From assembly GCA_048013815.1 (NCBI GenBank), contig CM106586.1:9796001-9860000 (forward strand): a stretch of DNA of 64,000 bases, in the 5' to 3' direction. This document shows, one piece after another, positions 22,501 to 34,310 of this stretch (positions are counted from its first letter, which is position 1; each line of letters begins with the position of its first letter). The translations under genes and the position numbers were made by a program. The notes below the pieces were generated by a model. The model made no database searches, was not told the DNA's origin, and was given only the letters and a program-made list of their open reading frames with translations. The DNA is from Setoptus koraiensis. Its lineage: Eukaryota; Animalia; Arthropoda.

Positions 22501-25500
22501 CACTTTCTCAATGGCTGGCTGGCCGGCTGTCACACGACCGACAGACCAGACGGGGGGAGAGGCGACGAAAGGGGTCGCTCGCACAGCTCGCTGCATAGCG
22601 GACGCACCCGCCAACAACTGGCCAGACGATCGCGGGCCCCACACGGGTCCAAAAATATTGATCCAGTTGTGCGTGCCTGCGCTTGTTTAAAAATACACAC
22701 TTATGTATGTATCTGCAGATATATAAACTGTTGGATATACTGTCAGATATGTATAAACTGTTGGATATATATAAACTGTCGGGTATATTGTTGGATATAT
22801 GTGAACTGTTGGATATATTGTTGCGTATGCATGCATCCAACCAGCCTGCCAAATATGGCCGCTGGTATTGGGCCGTTTTTGGCCGTTTTTGGCCGTATTT
22901 GGCCGCATTTTTCCCGCATTTGGCCGCATTCGGCCGTATCTGGCATAGGGCCAATGGCAAGTTATTATTGGCGCCGCTCGGCACCGCGTCGCGTCGCATT
23001 GGGCCCCACAGCGGGCGCAGCAAACAGGCAGCCAGCTCCGTATACAAATATTTAATATAATGCTCGTGAGTGATATAATGCCCGAGTATATGATGTAATG
23101 CCCGAGTATGTGATATAATGCTCGAGTATATGATGTGATGCTCGAGTATATGATATAATGCTCGAGTACTCGAGTGTGTGATGCAATGAACGACCGTCGC
23201 ACTGCCCCCTATGTAATCGGGAATATAATCGCTTATATTATATAAGTTATATATATATATCTGGTCAGCCCAGGCCGGATATATTACCTAACTATACGTA
23301 TATGTTAGATATATATATAGTTGATATAGCCGATATATATAGTTGCACACAGATGCATGCGTAAAGGTAATAACGGTAAGAATAAAAATAAAAAAATTAC
23401 TAGCTCTGTGCGACTGTCAATTGCCAATTGCCGCTCGGTTGTGGGTGCCCGACGGGTGCCCGTCGGCGCGCCTCACGCCCACAACTGACGACGACTGCAC
23501 GACAAGCGAGCAGCATGTCATATACATACATCTATATATACTGACACTATGGCTGCCAGTGGGACCACAGTGACGTAATAGTGACTGGCGCATTGATGGC
23601 TCGGCTTGGCGCTTGCATCAGATTTAACGGGGTGCTCAAGCTGCCGAGCTGCGTGCTCGAAAGTGCAACCCGCGAACAGACAGTGTGTTGTCACCTGGGC
23701 ACAGAGGGCGCAGAAAGCGCCGAGGGCGCAGAGAAAACGCGTGGCCAAAGAACGCTGGTGTCGATGTTGTAAAGAACACTCGTCGATGCAAAGAACACAC
23801 AAGTCAGGCTGGCACAAAGGTTATTGAACAGCGAGGCCAAGTTCATGTTTGCTCTCGTGATGCTGCGCACTCTGGCGCCGCTGTAATGGCCGCCACTATT
23901 ACGTAATACGCAGTCGACATATTACGACGATTACGTATTACGGCGCTCGACAATGTCGAGTCGACTGTTCGACATGAGACACTCGACTGTTATTGCTCAC
24001 ATTGTGCCCTGTGTGTGTGTTACGTAACTGTGTATTCACATACATATTGCGCATACATTGCGCTGTTTGCTGGCGATAAGGCCGCTCACACACAAATAAT
24101 AATAATGGTGTCCACCAGTGTGTCTTGGGGCGAGTCTGCTGACCCCGGCGCATTCAGTTATTCGCCTTCTGTCGCAATCTGTTTCTAGTTTCCAATTTGC
24201 AGTTGGCTCCACTTAGTTTCGCCTCTATTCAGTTTCGCCTCTATTCAGCTTCGGTCTCTATTTAGTTTTGGTCTCTATGCGATGCGCCCGGCGCAATCTA
24301 TGCGCACTCCGTGGTGCGGACTCCGCACCGCACACCCCGTAATGCGGTAATGGCCCCGTGATACGGAGTCTGCACCACGGAGTCCGCACCACGGAGTCCG
24401 CACTGCGGAGGCGCATGCAGCCACGGAGCATATGCAGACTGTGTGTTGCGGAGGTCGGATATTCACATATCCACACGGCCGCGGTGACGGTGCACAGGCC
24501 CGGCCGGCAGCGGCAATGTGGCCAGTATTGGTCTCCGATGCACCACCACACGACGAGGCACCACCGCACTACCGTGCACCACCGCACCACCGTGCACCAC
24601 CACACGACAGTATGGCACCACATGACAGTATGGCACCGCACCACCACATGACAGTGTAGCACCGTGCACCACAAGGCACAAGCCGCCAGCAATGGCCATG
24701 GGGCCGTTGCACTAAACTGTTGTTTATCCGCTGTCGCAACGACGCCCGGTGGCTGCGTTGTTTGCCAAGTCGCAATGATGCAACCGACGCAACCGACGCA
24801 ACAAACGCAACAAACTGGCTGATGAATCGCATCGCTGGCGGCGCGCGCGGACCAGACTAGACTGACTCGTCGCTGTCTGCCCCCTCGTTCAGCTTTCTCC
24901 GTCGCTTCGAGTCGCTCGAGTCGCTCGTTCGAAGCCGACAATCCGCTAGTCGACTTGTCGCCAAACAACGGCAGCATCTGGAGGGCCAAATGTTGCCAAT
25001 CGTCGCTAGTCGCTAGTCGCTAGTCGCTAGTCGCTAGTCGCTAGTCGCTAGTCGCTAGTCGCTAGTCGCTTGTCGCTTGTGTCAAGTTCAAGCTCGGCAC
25101 GGCGACACAAGCAGAGAGAGTGTTGTTTGTGTCTGTTGCACAACATGTTATTGTGCTGCGAAATGGCTTCAATGAACACGACGGCCATGATGACGATAAG
25201 CGAGATAATGAATATAATATGGCAAGACATATCCACATATCACTCACAAGTGAGCCGTCAGTCGCTTTATTTGGCACCATATCGCACACAAACGTACGAG
25301 CATGTTGTTTGCAGATGCAATTGTGCAATACACATGCCATCAGAAATAATATGAAATAATATCATGTCGAGACAAAAACTCATCTAGTTTGTGTCTGTCT
25401 CTTAATTGCAATTTCGCTCGCTCGCTCGTTGTCACCGTTAACTTCGGCCTTCAATTCAAGGCTGTTACAATTGCGGATACAATTGCGATTGTATATCAAC

Positions 25501-25600
25501 AACAGCCACAATTTTGCGCCAGTGTGCGGCCGAAAATTTAAAATTGATCATTGATCGGACTCAATCCATTGACTTGCTGGGCATGTATTGCTGAGCATAT
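16600..25600. repeat. Low-complexity tract dense in micro/minisatellites; no recognisable gene
   Basis: Examples: (gcatagtcgtc)n ~17660-17720, (gatggctaac/t)n ~18215-18295, 18-20-mers at ~22720-23180, (gtcgcta)x9 plus 2 variants at 25002-25078. Confidence 0.8.
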
Positions 25601-26300
25601 ATTGCTGAGCATGATGAGCAAATATCAATTCACCTCCATCACACTGTAATGATTACAGGCGCCCTGGCGAGGGGCCCGGGCACCACACACAAACATAGAC
25701 ACACCGGCGGTGATAATGGTGATAATGTCACAAAACAATGCATCAATTTGTTGAATGTGACTCCATCACTAAGCTGCCAGCCATACAGCGCGCCAACAAA
25801 ACAATCACCAGCTATGTACGCAAAGCGACAATTTTTCCTCCCAATTATTGGCAACCACCACTTCCGGTTGCTCGTTCTCTTTTTGCTGCTTTTTTCTTTT
25901 CCAAGTGTCACTAAAGCAGTCTTACATATGTTATATATTGTACATGATATATTGTGTATGATATATTGTGTATGGTGGGCTAAGTAAAACTTTCCCGTCG
26001 TCACATGTTGGTCATCGCCGCTCGCTTGATACAATAGTTTGCAGCGCACAATCGGTAACGCACAACGCAATTTCCGGCTGTTTGCTAGAGGGCCCTGTTG
26101 TTGTGCGATGCCTCATGTCACAGTATCAGATCTCTTGTTGCTCTCTGTCAAATTCGATGTATAAATAACAACATGCGCATGTGTTGGCTTGGTTGCACAA
26201 ATGAAGGATAATTGGTGAAATCTTTTTCATCAAAATGCTATTTATTCAATTTTCATTTTAGACAATTTGTGCGATTCACCTATTCGATTGTGCCACACAA

Positions 26301-26756
26301 TTACTCATCTGAAAGCGGTAAACAAGTGCAGAAACTGTGGTCTACCCGACCTTTTCGACCGTACCAGCCGCAACATCCGGAACACATTTGCTCGTGATAC
26401 TGTGTATTGTATCCGAGATGGGTGTGGCAACTTTCAGGTCCTTTTTCGAAGGGACCCGGTCTTCTGAGGGGCGCTTCTTCGCTCTTCTCTTGCGCTTCTT
26501 GCTCATGCACCTCAGGCTGTTGGGCCAATTTTTCGCACTCTGTCATCTTGGCCGTTATCTCTTGATGCAATTTTTGCTCCTTCTGTTGATGTAATCGAGT
26601 CGCTCTACCTCCCGAGGACAACTCTTGGAGGGATTGCTGAAGTGCCGACAGCTCCGATTGGCATTTTTGCAAGCTGACGTTATCGCACGACACCGAAGCC
26701 GAGAATTCGACCATTGGGATGGCGCAAATCACCAATAAACTGATTGCGATATGCAT
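26301..26756 (-). CDS. Secreted protein: signal peptide, Q/E-rich coiled coil, 6-Cys defensin-like C-terminus (151 aa)
   Basis: ATG at 26756; hydrophobic MHIAISLLVICAIPMVEFSASVS; C-terminus SC...MCSGCCGWYGRKGRVDHSFCTC. Confidence 0.65.
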   Translation of the reverse strand: MHIAISLLVICAIPMVEFSASVSCDNVSLQKCQSELSALQQSLQELSSGGRATRLHQQKEQKLHQEITAKMTECEKLAQQPEVHEQEAQEKSEEAPLRRPGPFEKGPESCHTHLGYNTQYHEQMCSGCCGWYGRKGRVDHSFCTCLPLSDE

Positions 26757-27672
26757 TGTAGACCTGTGAGTTGGTTTATGATGATATGATTGGATGACAG
26801 AACAGAGAATTGTAACTAGAAATATATCGCGGGGTTTTTTGTACATGGTGCGTGTTATATTGATTATTCTGTTAGATCGTATAGAGCCTCCATAATGGAG
26901 GTTACGTACGTAGATCCTATTGTATGTGTCCGACTTGAATTGTACCTTTACAAGGGTTGATGTTTGAACAAGACCAAAAGAAAAACTTCTATTTCTAATC
27001 GTGACTCTATGAAGATTTCAAGTTAGACTACTGCCAGCACTTGGCTTTTATACCATTTTTTTTTTCATAGGCCTATCTAAGTTTCATAGAGAATTACAAT
27101 GAGCTACGCAGTCATAAATAGACCCCTCACTCCGACTTTGAACAAATGTCGTCATAACAAGCTACACAAATAGCTGCACAGCGTCGGAAAAAGGTGACAC
27201 TTTACACTCATCGTAGACAGATATTTCCAGCAATAACACGAGCTGTCTGGTTCCAATCTAATTTTTTCCTCAATATACTCCACTTTCATTCCAACTTGAC
27301 TTTTAATGTACAGTAAACCACGAATATCCATGCATTGATCTGACATACACGTTAGCACATGACTGGCATGATGCACAATGATTGATCACAGTCGCATCGG
27401 AACACTATACGTTACAGTCTGGAGCTGAACATTTTGAGGGGACCCGTCTGTCAACATGAAGAAACGCTGTCGATTTGTCTATCGCGAAAGCCTCGATAGA
27501 GAGAGACAGAGAGAGAGAGAGAATTGGCGTTATCCATGGTCTTTCCGATAAGCTAAACTGACTCGGATTGCCTGATTTGGTTGCGCCGGTGACAGACAAA
27601 CTTGAGTTAAGATTGGTGGGATTGGCAGCCTTTTAATATACGAAATATTTACAGTTTCAGTATCAGTTGCTT

Positions 27673-28172
27673 CTAATAGTGTCCCTTGGATTTTGATAGC
27701 AATCTTATTTCTGATATGGTCATTTGCTTGTTCACGCTCTTGCACATATCATAGATGGTTAGCAATGCAATGCTCGTGGCCAATAAACATTCCATCTCAA
27801 CACCTGTAGAGAAGCTCGTTTTCACTGTCGATTTCACTGTGATGGAACCCGCGTCAAAATTCACCTCCGTCTCAACATTTATGCAGCTTAAATTTATTTG
27901 ATGACACAGCGGAATAATCTGGCTAGTGCTTTTTGCGGCCATTATGCCCGCTAGTTTGGCCGTAGTCAACAAATCACCTTTGATTAGTTTGCCCCGACTT
28001 AACAAATCCAGCACTTCCCGTCCGACAAATATTTGACCTGTAGCAGTGGCCTGTCTGCTTGATTTTTTCTTGCTCGATATGTCCACCATTCTTATCTTGC
28101 CATTCGAATCTAGATGACTAAAATTTTCTTCAGCTGCAGCAGTCGCGGAGGTGTGTAGCATTCTTTGGGCGC
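27673..28172 (-). CDS. MOCS1: MOCS1B (MoaC, cPMP synthase) exon of the MOCS1 locus
   Basis: FSHLDSNGKIRMVDIS, KGDLLTTAKLAGIMAAK, IIPLCH, TGVEMECL, IYDMCKSV. Likely acceptor TAG at 28173-28175. Confidence 0.92.
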
Positions 28173-28328
28173 CTAGCAGTTGTGTGTTATGTAAGATTGA
28201 TAACAATAATGGAGCTCATATATGAGAGAAGAACATCCTCAAATACTGTCTGCGGGGCCAACAAGTTCTCATATGGATTTACATGTAATATGTAATACCA
28301 ACTAATTAATAACAGAGAATCATATCAG

Positions 28329-29553
28329 TTACCCACCGATCTTGACCATGGGCCTATTGGCCATTCTGGACAGGGCTAATCCACCTGAAGAGTATAGAGT
28401 AAACACATTTGTCTAACATTATTATCGGGCTAAAATGTAACATACTGTTGCTCTGAAATCTTACCTTACCTGCATGACGTTCGTGCTTTCGAAGTAGACT
28501 GGCAGCGATTGAATTGATTATTTCATTATCGTTGGCACCATTTCGAATGAGATCTCTAATTGACACTTCCTCCGCTCCAAACAAACAAACTTTAAGTGAC
28601 CCGTCTGCTGTAATTCTCAACCTGTTGCAACTAGAGCAAAAATTGTCACTCATGGAACTAATGAAACCTACAGTACCCAAGAAGTTGGGACAGTTGAAAT
28701 TTTTACTCGTATCATGCGCATCATGAGATTTCATTGGCTTGAAGTCGGGATAATATCGCCTGATTGTTTCGATTAGTTCCTTAGCGGGAACCATTTTTTC
28801 TTTTGACCAACCATTGAAATCGAACGGCATATACTCGATAAATCTGACATGAAGACGATTATGTTCCGCCAATTGTACGAAATCCACCACTTCGTCGTCA
28901 TTTTCTCCCCTTAAAACAACACAATTCAATTTGATTACATCAAATGGCGATACCAGCGCCTCTCTTATGCCAACAATAACTGCGCTCAGACCTTTTCGTC
29001 GTGACATTCTCTCGAATCTGTCTGGTTTTAGAGTGTCTAGGCTGATGTTGACATTGTTCAAACCTGATCAACGATCAACATGGTCTCACCGTTACTAATC
29101 TTGCACAGGTACATGATATAATGCAAATCGGTTGTTGTTGTTATTAGTTTATCGGGCAACTATTGACTCACCTGAATTATAGAGGAGCGAGCATTTGTTT
29201 TGTAGATTCACTCCATTGGTGGTCATACCAATTATGTTGAGTCCCGTCGACTTTAAGCTATTGAGCTTGCTTATCAGCGGTATCGTTTTATGATCAATCA
29301 TGGGCTCACCACCAGTCAATCGGATCTTATTGATTCCACACTTTTCAACTAAAACCTTCGAAACTCTGAATATCTCATCAATGGTTAACAATTTATCCTT
29401 AGGCGTAGCTTCTATACCCTCGGCAGGCATACAGTACCTGCAACGCAAATTGCATTTATCTGTTACTGATATTCGGAGATAGGTGTGCTGTCGTTGGAAT
29501 TTATCTTTCAGTAACGAGGAGCCCAAATTTGATATCACTTTCTTCGCCTGCAT
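28329..29553 (-). CDS. MOCS1: MOCS1A (MoaA radical-SAM GTP 3',8-cyclase), at least 3 exons
   Basis: YLRISVTDKCNLRCRYCMP, IRLTGGEP, MTTNG, FCSSCNRLRITADG. Introns 29064-29171 and 28385-28469; last exon ends NRPMVKIGG-stop. True 5' end may lie further upstream. Confidence 0.93.
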
Positions 29554-30028
29554 CGTTATCTGCTGAATCACTAAATTTCTCAAACGAACTGCAAGACAAT
29601 TGCTGAATAATATATTTACCAAAAGTGAATAACATATTAGGAAAAAAAAAGCTTGTCGACAACTGCAAGATCGCTATTTCTGAAAAATGCCACATTGTCT
29701 ACATGTGACAGGAAGACGATGCGCAAGTGTCAAGATGAAAAACTAGATAGGTCTCGTTTGATTTGAATACTGATAAGTCCATTTACTATTGTCATCATGA
29801 GATGTGATCATTTGGCAGCTGTTACGGCCGTAGATCTTTTAAACTTTAATAAGCCCGCCTCTGTCCACTGACTGAGGGAACAACAAGTTTTCTGTCTCTA
29901 TTCAAAGCATTCAATAGAATAAGAAGAAAAAGAGCAAGCCGTAATCGCCAGAACAATTTCAACCCAACTGCAAGCATTATTCAAATTATCATCATAAGAT
30001 AGGAATTGAAAGAACTCATCACTCTATT

Positions 30029-30441
30029 ATGACTGATAATGTTGCTTATTATCACTGGGTCCAGTTCTGGTATAGGCGAGGCCACAGCAAAATGATCTCT
30101 CAAGAAGAGATATCTGGTTGTCATTACAGGTAGCAAGCAAGAAAAATTTGACAAAGTTGTACAAGATTGTAAAGGTTTATCCCCTAAGAGATTTGAGCCG
30201 TTGTGGTCGACTTTCGTCAACTGATGACCATTAGTTAACAATGTTGGAATAACTGAGGTCCGCAAACCTGTTGGAGGCACCCGTATCGTATGGTCGGTCG
30301 CGTAGGCGAGTCTGAACGAAAACGACAGCATATTTGGCTTCGGACGACGCAGTTTTCATAACCGGAATCGATCTGGTGATTGACGGCGCCGTCCTCATCA
30401 GACCTAGCTCTATGGCTTCAACTATAAGGCAAAAACAATAA
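30029..30441 (+). pseudogene. Short-chain dehydrogenase/reductase pseudogene, internally deleted
   Basis: ATG 30029, frameshift, ITGSSSGIGEATAK then TGA (30093-30095); later LVNNVG, GRVGE and AYLASDDAVFITGIDLVIDG in shifting frames. The YxxxK core is not visible. Confidence 0.8.
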
Positions 30442-30924
30442 GCTCAGTTTACCTTGCTGGCTGATGAATGTACGAGTTTCTGCTCTGACAAGGTCCAAGG
30501 TAAATGCGTCCGGGTTTGAAAAGAGGGACGATGTCATGTTTAATAAAAGAAAAATGCTCAGGCGAACCAAAGTAAAGGTGCTAATTCATGTGTCAGATAA
30601 TTATTAAATCGGCAAGTAATTTCTGTAAACTACTATTTTATTGTTCGAGCAATGTTTTCTTTTTGTTGTTGACAATTTTTGAATTTGGCAAACTTATATT
30701 GGTGCATGCGCATGGTATTTTATCCATGCTCTTGGTGTACTCCTGTAAATATTGGCACACTCGAGGTCATCTGATTGAATTCGCAACGATTGCATTAATC
30801 ATTGAAACAAGAATATTTGGTTACTATATTGTTAATTATATAACCAGCCATCAGTCGCACCAGATAGCTACATAGATACAACTTACCAGCAATTAGCCAC
30901 CAAGCAGTCAACCAATTAGCAGGC

Positions 30925-31119
30925 ATGGCAGGTCACTCTAACGCAGATCCCGATGTTGTAGACGGAGTTAAGTTGGTAGGATGGAATAGAGTATTCAATT
31001 CATACACAGATTATGGTAGAAGAAATTTTGGTGCCGTGTCCCTCGCTGGATGGGCTCTAATATTCGGTTATTTCATGCTGAGGCCAAAGAAGCCTGTTGA
31101 ACCCAAGAAGGCACCATGA
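30925..31119 (+). CDS. ATP5MK: ATP synthase membrane subunit K (DAPIT/USMG5)
   Basis: FNSYTDYGRRN + one TM + basic tail LRPKK; resembles DAPIT FNSYTLTGRMN...FKLRSKK. Confidence 0.85.
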   Translation: MAGHSNADPDVVDGVKLVGWNRVFNSYTDYGRRNFGAVSLAGWALIFGYFMLRPKKPVEPKKAP

Positions 31120-31312
31120 TACCCTGTTAACTCTTTACTAATGGTCTTGTTAGTACGTCGTCATACCTAAAATTGTCTAATACCTATTGTTTGATGGCAA
31201 TTGCACAACAGCAGAGGTCAACATTAGTAGCAAGTCATATGATGATAGCTGTTAGTTAGCTCTATTATATAAAACATGTTCATCGTCAATTAAATTAGCG
31301 CCAGCATCACTA

Positions 31313-32158
31313 CTACCTACCCTCAACTCCGAATCTCTCTCCCAATGATTCCGTTTGTTGACTCTTGGAGAAACTCTGTAGGCCGTTGCTCACAGACTCT
31401 ACTGATAGACCTTTCTTAGCTGCAACCTGGATAGTTTCCCTCTTTTCCTCGAATGGTCCAGCCGACAAGCTCAAACTGGCGAATGGGTTAGCCAGGACCA
31501 GTTCATCATTTGGTTTACAGGTCGCGTAAGCCACTAGACAATCCTGACCAGTCAAGCCATGGCTCAACGCCTTGTAGTACCCGCTTCCTTCAAACCATTG
31601 TGGTGGTATTTTGCCGAGGTGTTCCTTGAATCGGCCCATTTGTATGCCGACTTGACATAAGACTTTCAATCTGCACTCGTTAGGCACAAAAAGCTTTTCC
31701 AAAATTTTCACTGATTTTGATATGGGATGTCCATCTTTCGACAATAGTTCCTCCCCTAGAAGAACATTCAATCTGTCTTTGGGAATCTTGAATGTTGTAC
31801 TAACATAATCAACCAGACCGCTGGGGTTGTTCATGAATTTTTGAACTCCATCAACAAAAGTTGATTCACTGATAGTTTTGCCGAATCCGTTGAAAAGTTC
31901 AAGTCCCGCAATATTCGATGTGTCGAATGGCAACTTCTGTTGGACTCCCTCGCCAGTCTTACCAGGAGTACCTACAAGTCCGCCAAATTGTCCCATATAT
32001 TGATTTCCATAGGTACTCAGTGTCTTTCCAAGCTGATTTATGTCAAATTGAGAGGCCAAAGTATCTACAGATCCTGAACTCCCTTGAACGCCGCCGGCAG
32101 CGACGGTTTTTAGTGCCAAAAGTGAGCACACTAAAAGCGATACTAATTTGATGGACAT
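31313..32158 (-). CDS. Secreted uncharacterised protein with DM4/DM12-like Cys motif (281 aa)
   Basis: Signal peptide MSIKLVSLLVCSLLALKTVAA; ECRLKVLCQ...YYKALSHGLTGQDCLVAYATC. Confidence 0.6.
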   Translation of the reverse strand: MSIKLVSLLVCSLLALKTVAAGGVQGSSGSVDTLASQFDINQLGKTLSTYGNQYMGQFGGLVGTPGKTGEGVQQKLPFDTSNIAGLELFNGFGKTISESTFVDGVQKFMNNPSGLVDYVSTTFKIPKDRLNVLLGEELLSKDGHPISKSVKILEKLFVPNECRLKVLCQVGIQMGRFKEHLGKIPPQWFEGSGYYKALSHGLTGQDCLVAYATCKPNDELVLANPFASLSLSAGPFEEKRETIQVAAKKGLSVESVSNGLQSFSKSQQTESLGERFGVEGR

Positions 32159-32626
32159 GTTGGTCGTGTAGGTGGTTCTGTTGGAACTTGTGCCGGAAAT
32201 TCAGATACTACTATGTGATCTTTCTATACTTTGACTTGTCTTCTGTTAATTGTTAGTTGATTGATACTTGATTAGATCACTAAGCAGAATGACTTTATCT
32301 CCATCTGATTTTTCCTTTTTATATTTGTAGCGAAAAGAGAATGCAATGGTTAGAATCATCAGGAGACATTCGAAAACAAATGAATGGCTTCTGTACGATA
32401 GTGACGATGATTAAAAGATATAAATTGACCGTAACTACTCTCGAAGAAACTGGCCAGTATTTGATATGTACTCAATTTATAATACATAAATATTGAATTA
32501 TGCAGTATACATTGCTCTTTATTATCATTATTATATGGTCCGTAACAATCGATACATATTAATTGTCGCCTGACTTGTTCCATGTTTGTAATAAAACATA
32601 TCTTTATTATTTTCATAATGTATTAG

Positions 32627-33604
32627 TTATTGAGGGCGATAGTTAGACAAGTGATCGGATTTAGGGATTGCAGTTTTCAATTTACTTCTATCTATGACGT
32701 TGCTTTTACGGTTAAAGAGATTCGTTGCATAGATAGTGTGTCTAGACATGGGAGAACTTTTTGATTGTTGCTTTTGTGGTGACAATCTATCAACTCGTTT
32801 CTGAGTTTCTTTTTTTTCCATTTTTTCCATGAATTCAAACATTTGTTGTTGCATTCTGGCCATACCATCTAACAAGAGTTTCTCTCTTCTAAGCTCTAGC
32901 TCCTTTTCTTGTTCTCTGCGTACTCTCTCCATTTCTAGTCGTTGTTTTTTCAGTTGTATCCATTCAGTCATGTTCTCACATTCTTTTGTGAGATGTGCAA
33001 TCATTCGATCGATGAGCAGGGCAGTTGACGCCACATCAAATGTGTTAATCGGACGCTGGTAAAACTGAGATTCCGACGATTTAGTTTTGGCATGTGACTG
33101 TTGTGGGCGACAATCATTGTTGGAAGTATTGTTACTAGTATGGTTCCTGTTATTATTGTTATTGTTTTTAACGAAAGTAGGTAGGCACATGGATATAGTT
33201 GCAGTTTCGTTTTCATCTGAATGAATCGACTGTCCGTCCGTATCTAACTGTGTCGATGGTTCATGTTTGACACCATCTTTCGTGCTGTCGATAAAGGGAG
33301 GATTGATGTCTGACTCAGTGGGCTCGTTGGTAGAATTTGGCTCGTCCGAATTAGTTGGCTCAGTAGTAGAAATGGGCTCGTCTGAGGGCTCTCTTGTGGG
33401 CGATCCAATTTCCGATATTGGCGGTGTCTTGGGAGGTGATTGCTTGACATTGTTTGCCGCTGGCGCCGATTGAGCGTCTGGAGTTACCCTAACGGGAGTT
33501 GAGAATAGATGTGATGAGGCCCTGATGCCTATGACTGCGCTGCTATAGAAGTCAGCATCATCAAATCTGGCCGGAGTTTTAATTGTCCTTCGAACCCGAC
33601 GCAT
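32627..33604 (-). CDS. Uncharacterised protein, disordered with a C-terminal coiled coil (325 aa)
   Basis: Long ATG-initiated ORF; basic N-terminus RRVRRTIKTPARFDD; E/R/K-rich coil LKKQRLEMERVRREQEKELELRREK. Confidence 0.7.
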   Translation of the reverse strand: MRRVRRTIKTPARFDDADFYSSAVIGIRASSHLFSTPVRVTPDAQSAPAANNVKQSPPKTPPISEIGSPTREPSDEPISTTEPTNSDEPNSTNEPTESDINPPFIDSTKDGVKHEPSTQLDTDGQSIHSDENETATISMCLPTFVKNNNNNNRNHTSNNTSNNDCRPQQSHAKTKSSESQFYQRPINTFDVASTALLIDRMIAHLTKECENMTEWIQLKKQRLEMERVRREQEKELELRREKLLLDGMARMQQQMFEFMEKMEKKETQKRVDRLSPQKQQSKSSPMSRHTIYATNLFNRKSNVIDRSKLKTAIPKSDHLSNYRPQ

Positions 33605-34310
33605 GGTGCAATTATTTGAATAAATGTGTGTTTAAGTGGCCGAGAAAATATATTCACTGTATATATTAGAATAATAATAATAATAATAATACGCGAATAC
33701 AATTGTTAATTGTTGGTCGATCTTGGTGGGCACTAGGATATCTCGATAAGACGAATGTACGAATGTATACACGTTGTTGCGAGTGTGTACCCCTAATGAT
33801 TAGCCCAATGTGTGTGTGTGTGTTGGTGTGTGTATCTTGGAACAGCGAGCGCCTTTTTCTGTTGCTGTCCCCCTCTTGCTCTACGCTCATACCAACTACT
33901 GCTACTGCTGCTGCTGCTGCTGCTGCTGCACTACGGCGGCAGTCAACTACGGCGCTAGTTGTGAGTTGCAGGGCAGCAGCGGCCACAGTAGCAGTGTACG
34001 CACACCCATTCATTTATTGAGAGAGCAGCTGTTTGATGAACACACAATTTACACACTTATTTTGCGCGCACAGGCCACACTCTTGGCACAGCGGCCAAGT
34101 GTTTTCAGTGCTGAAAGTGGCCTAAAAGTGAGAGATTATGTGGCACAGAATGCATTAATGAACGTAATGGATACAAATGTAAAAAATGGTGTGTGATTTT
34201 GTTGGTTGTTTGTGTTTGCAACGAACATTCCCCTCTGTATATATTCGTGTAAACAATGTGTGAGTGCGTATTGTTTCTAAATACAATTATCTTGTTCAAC
34301 TCTCGTCATC

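Noticed and set aside
20800-25000. Many overlapping 60-290 aa ORFs on both strands here and at 53-64 kb
   Set aside because: Expected from stop-poor repeats; no domain signatures.
28207-28250. Stop-codon readthrough (TGA) into MoaC
   Set aside because: A simpler in-frame splice to the acceptor at 28173-28175 bypasses it; the context is not a known readthrough motif.
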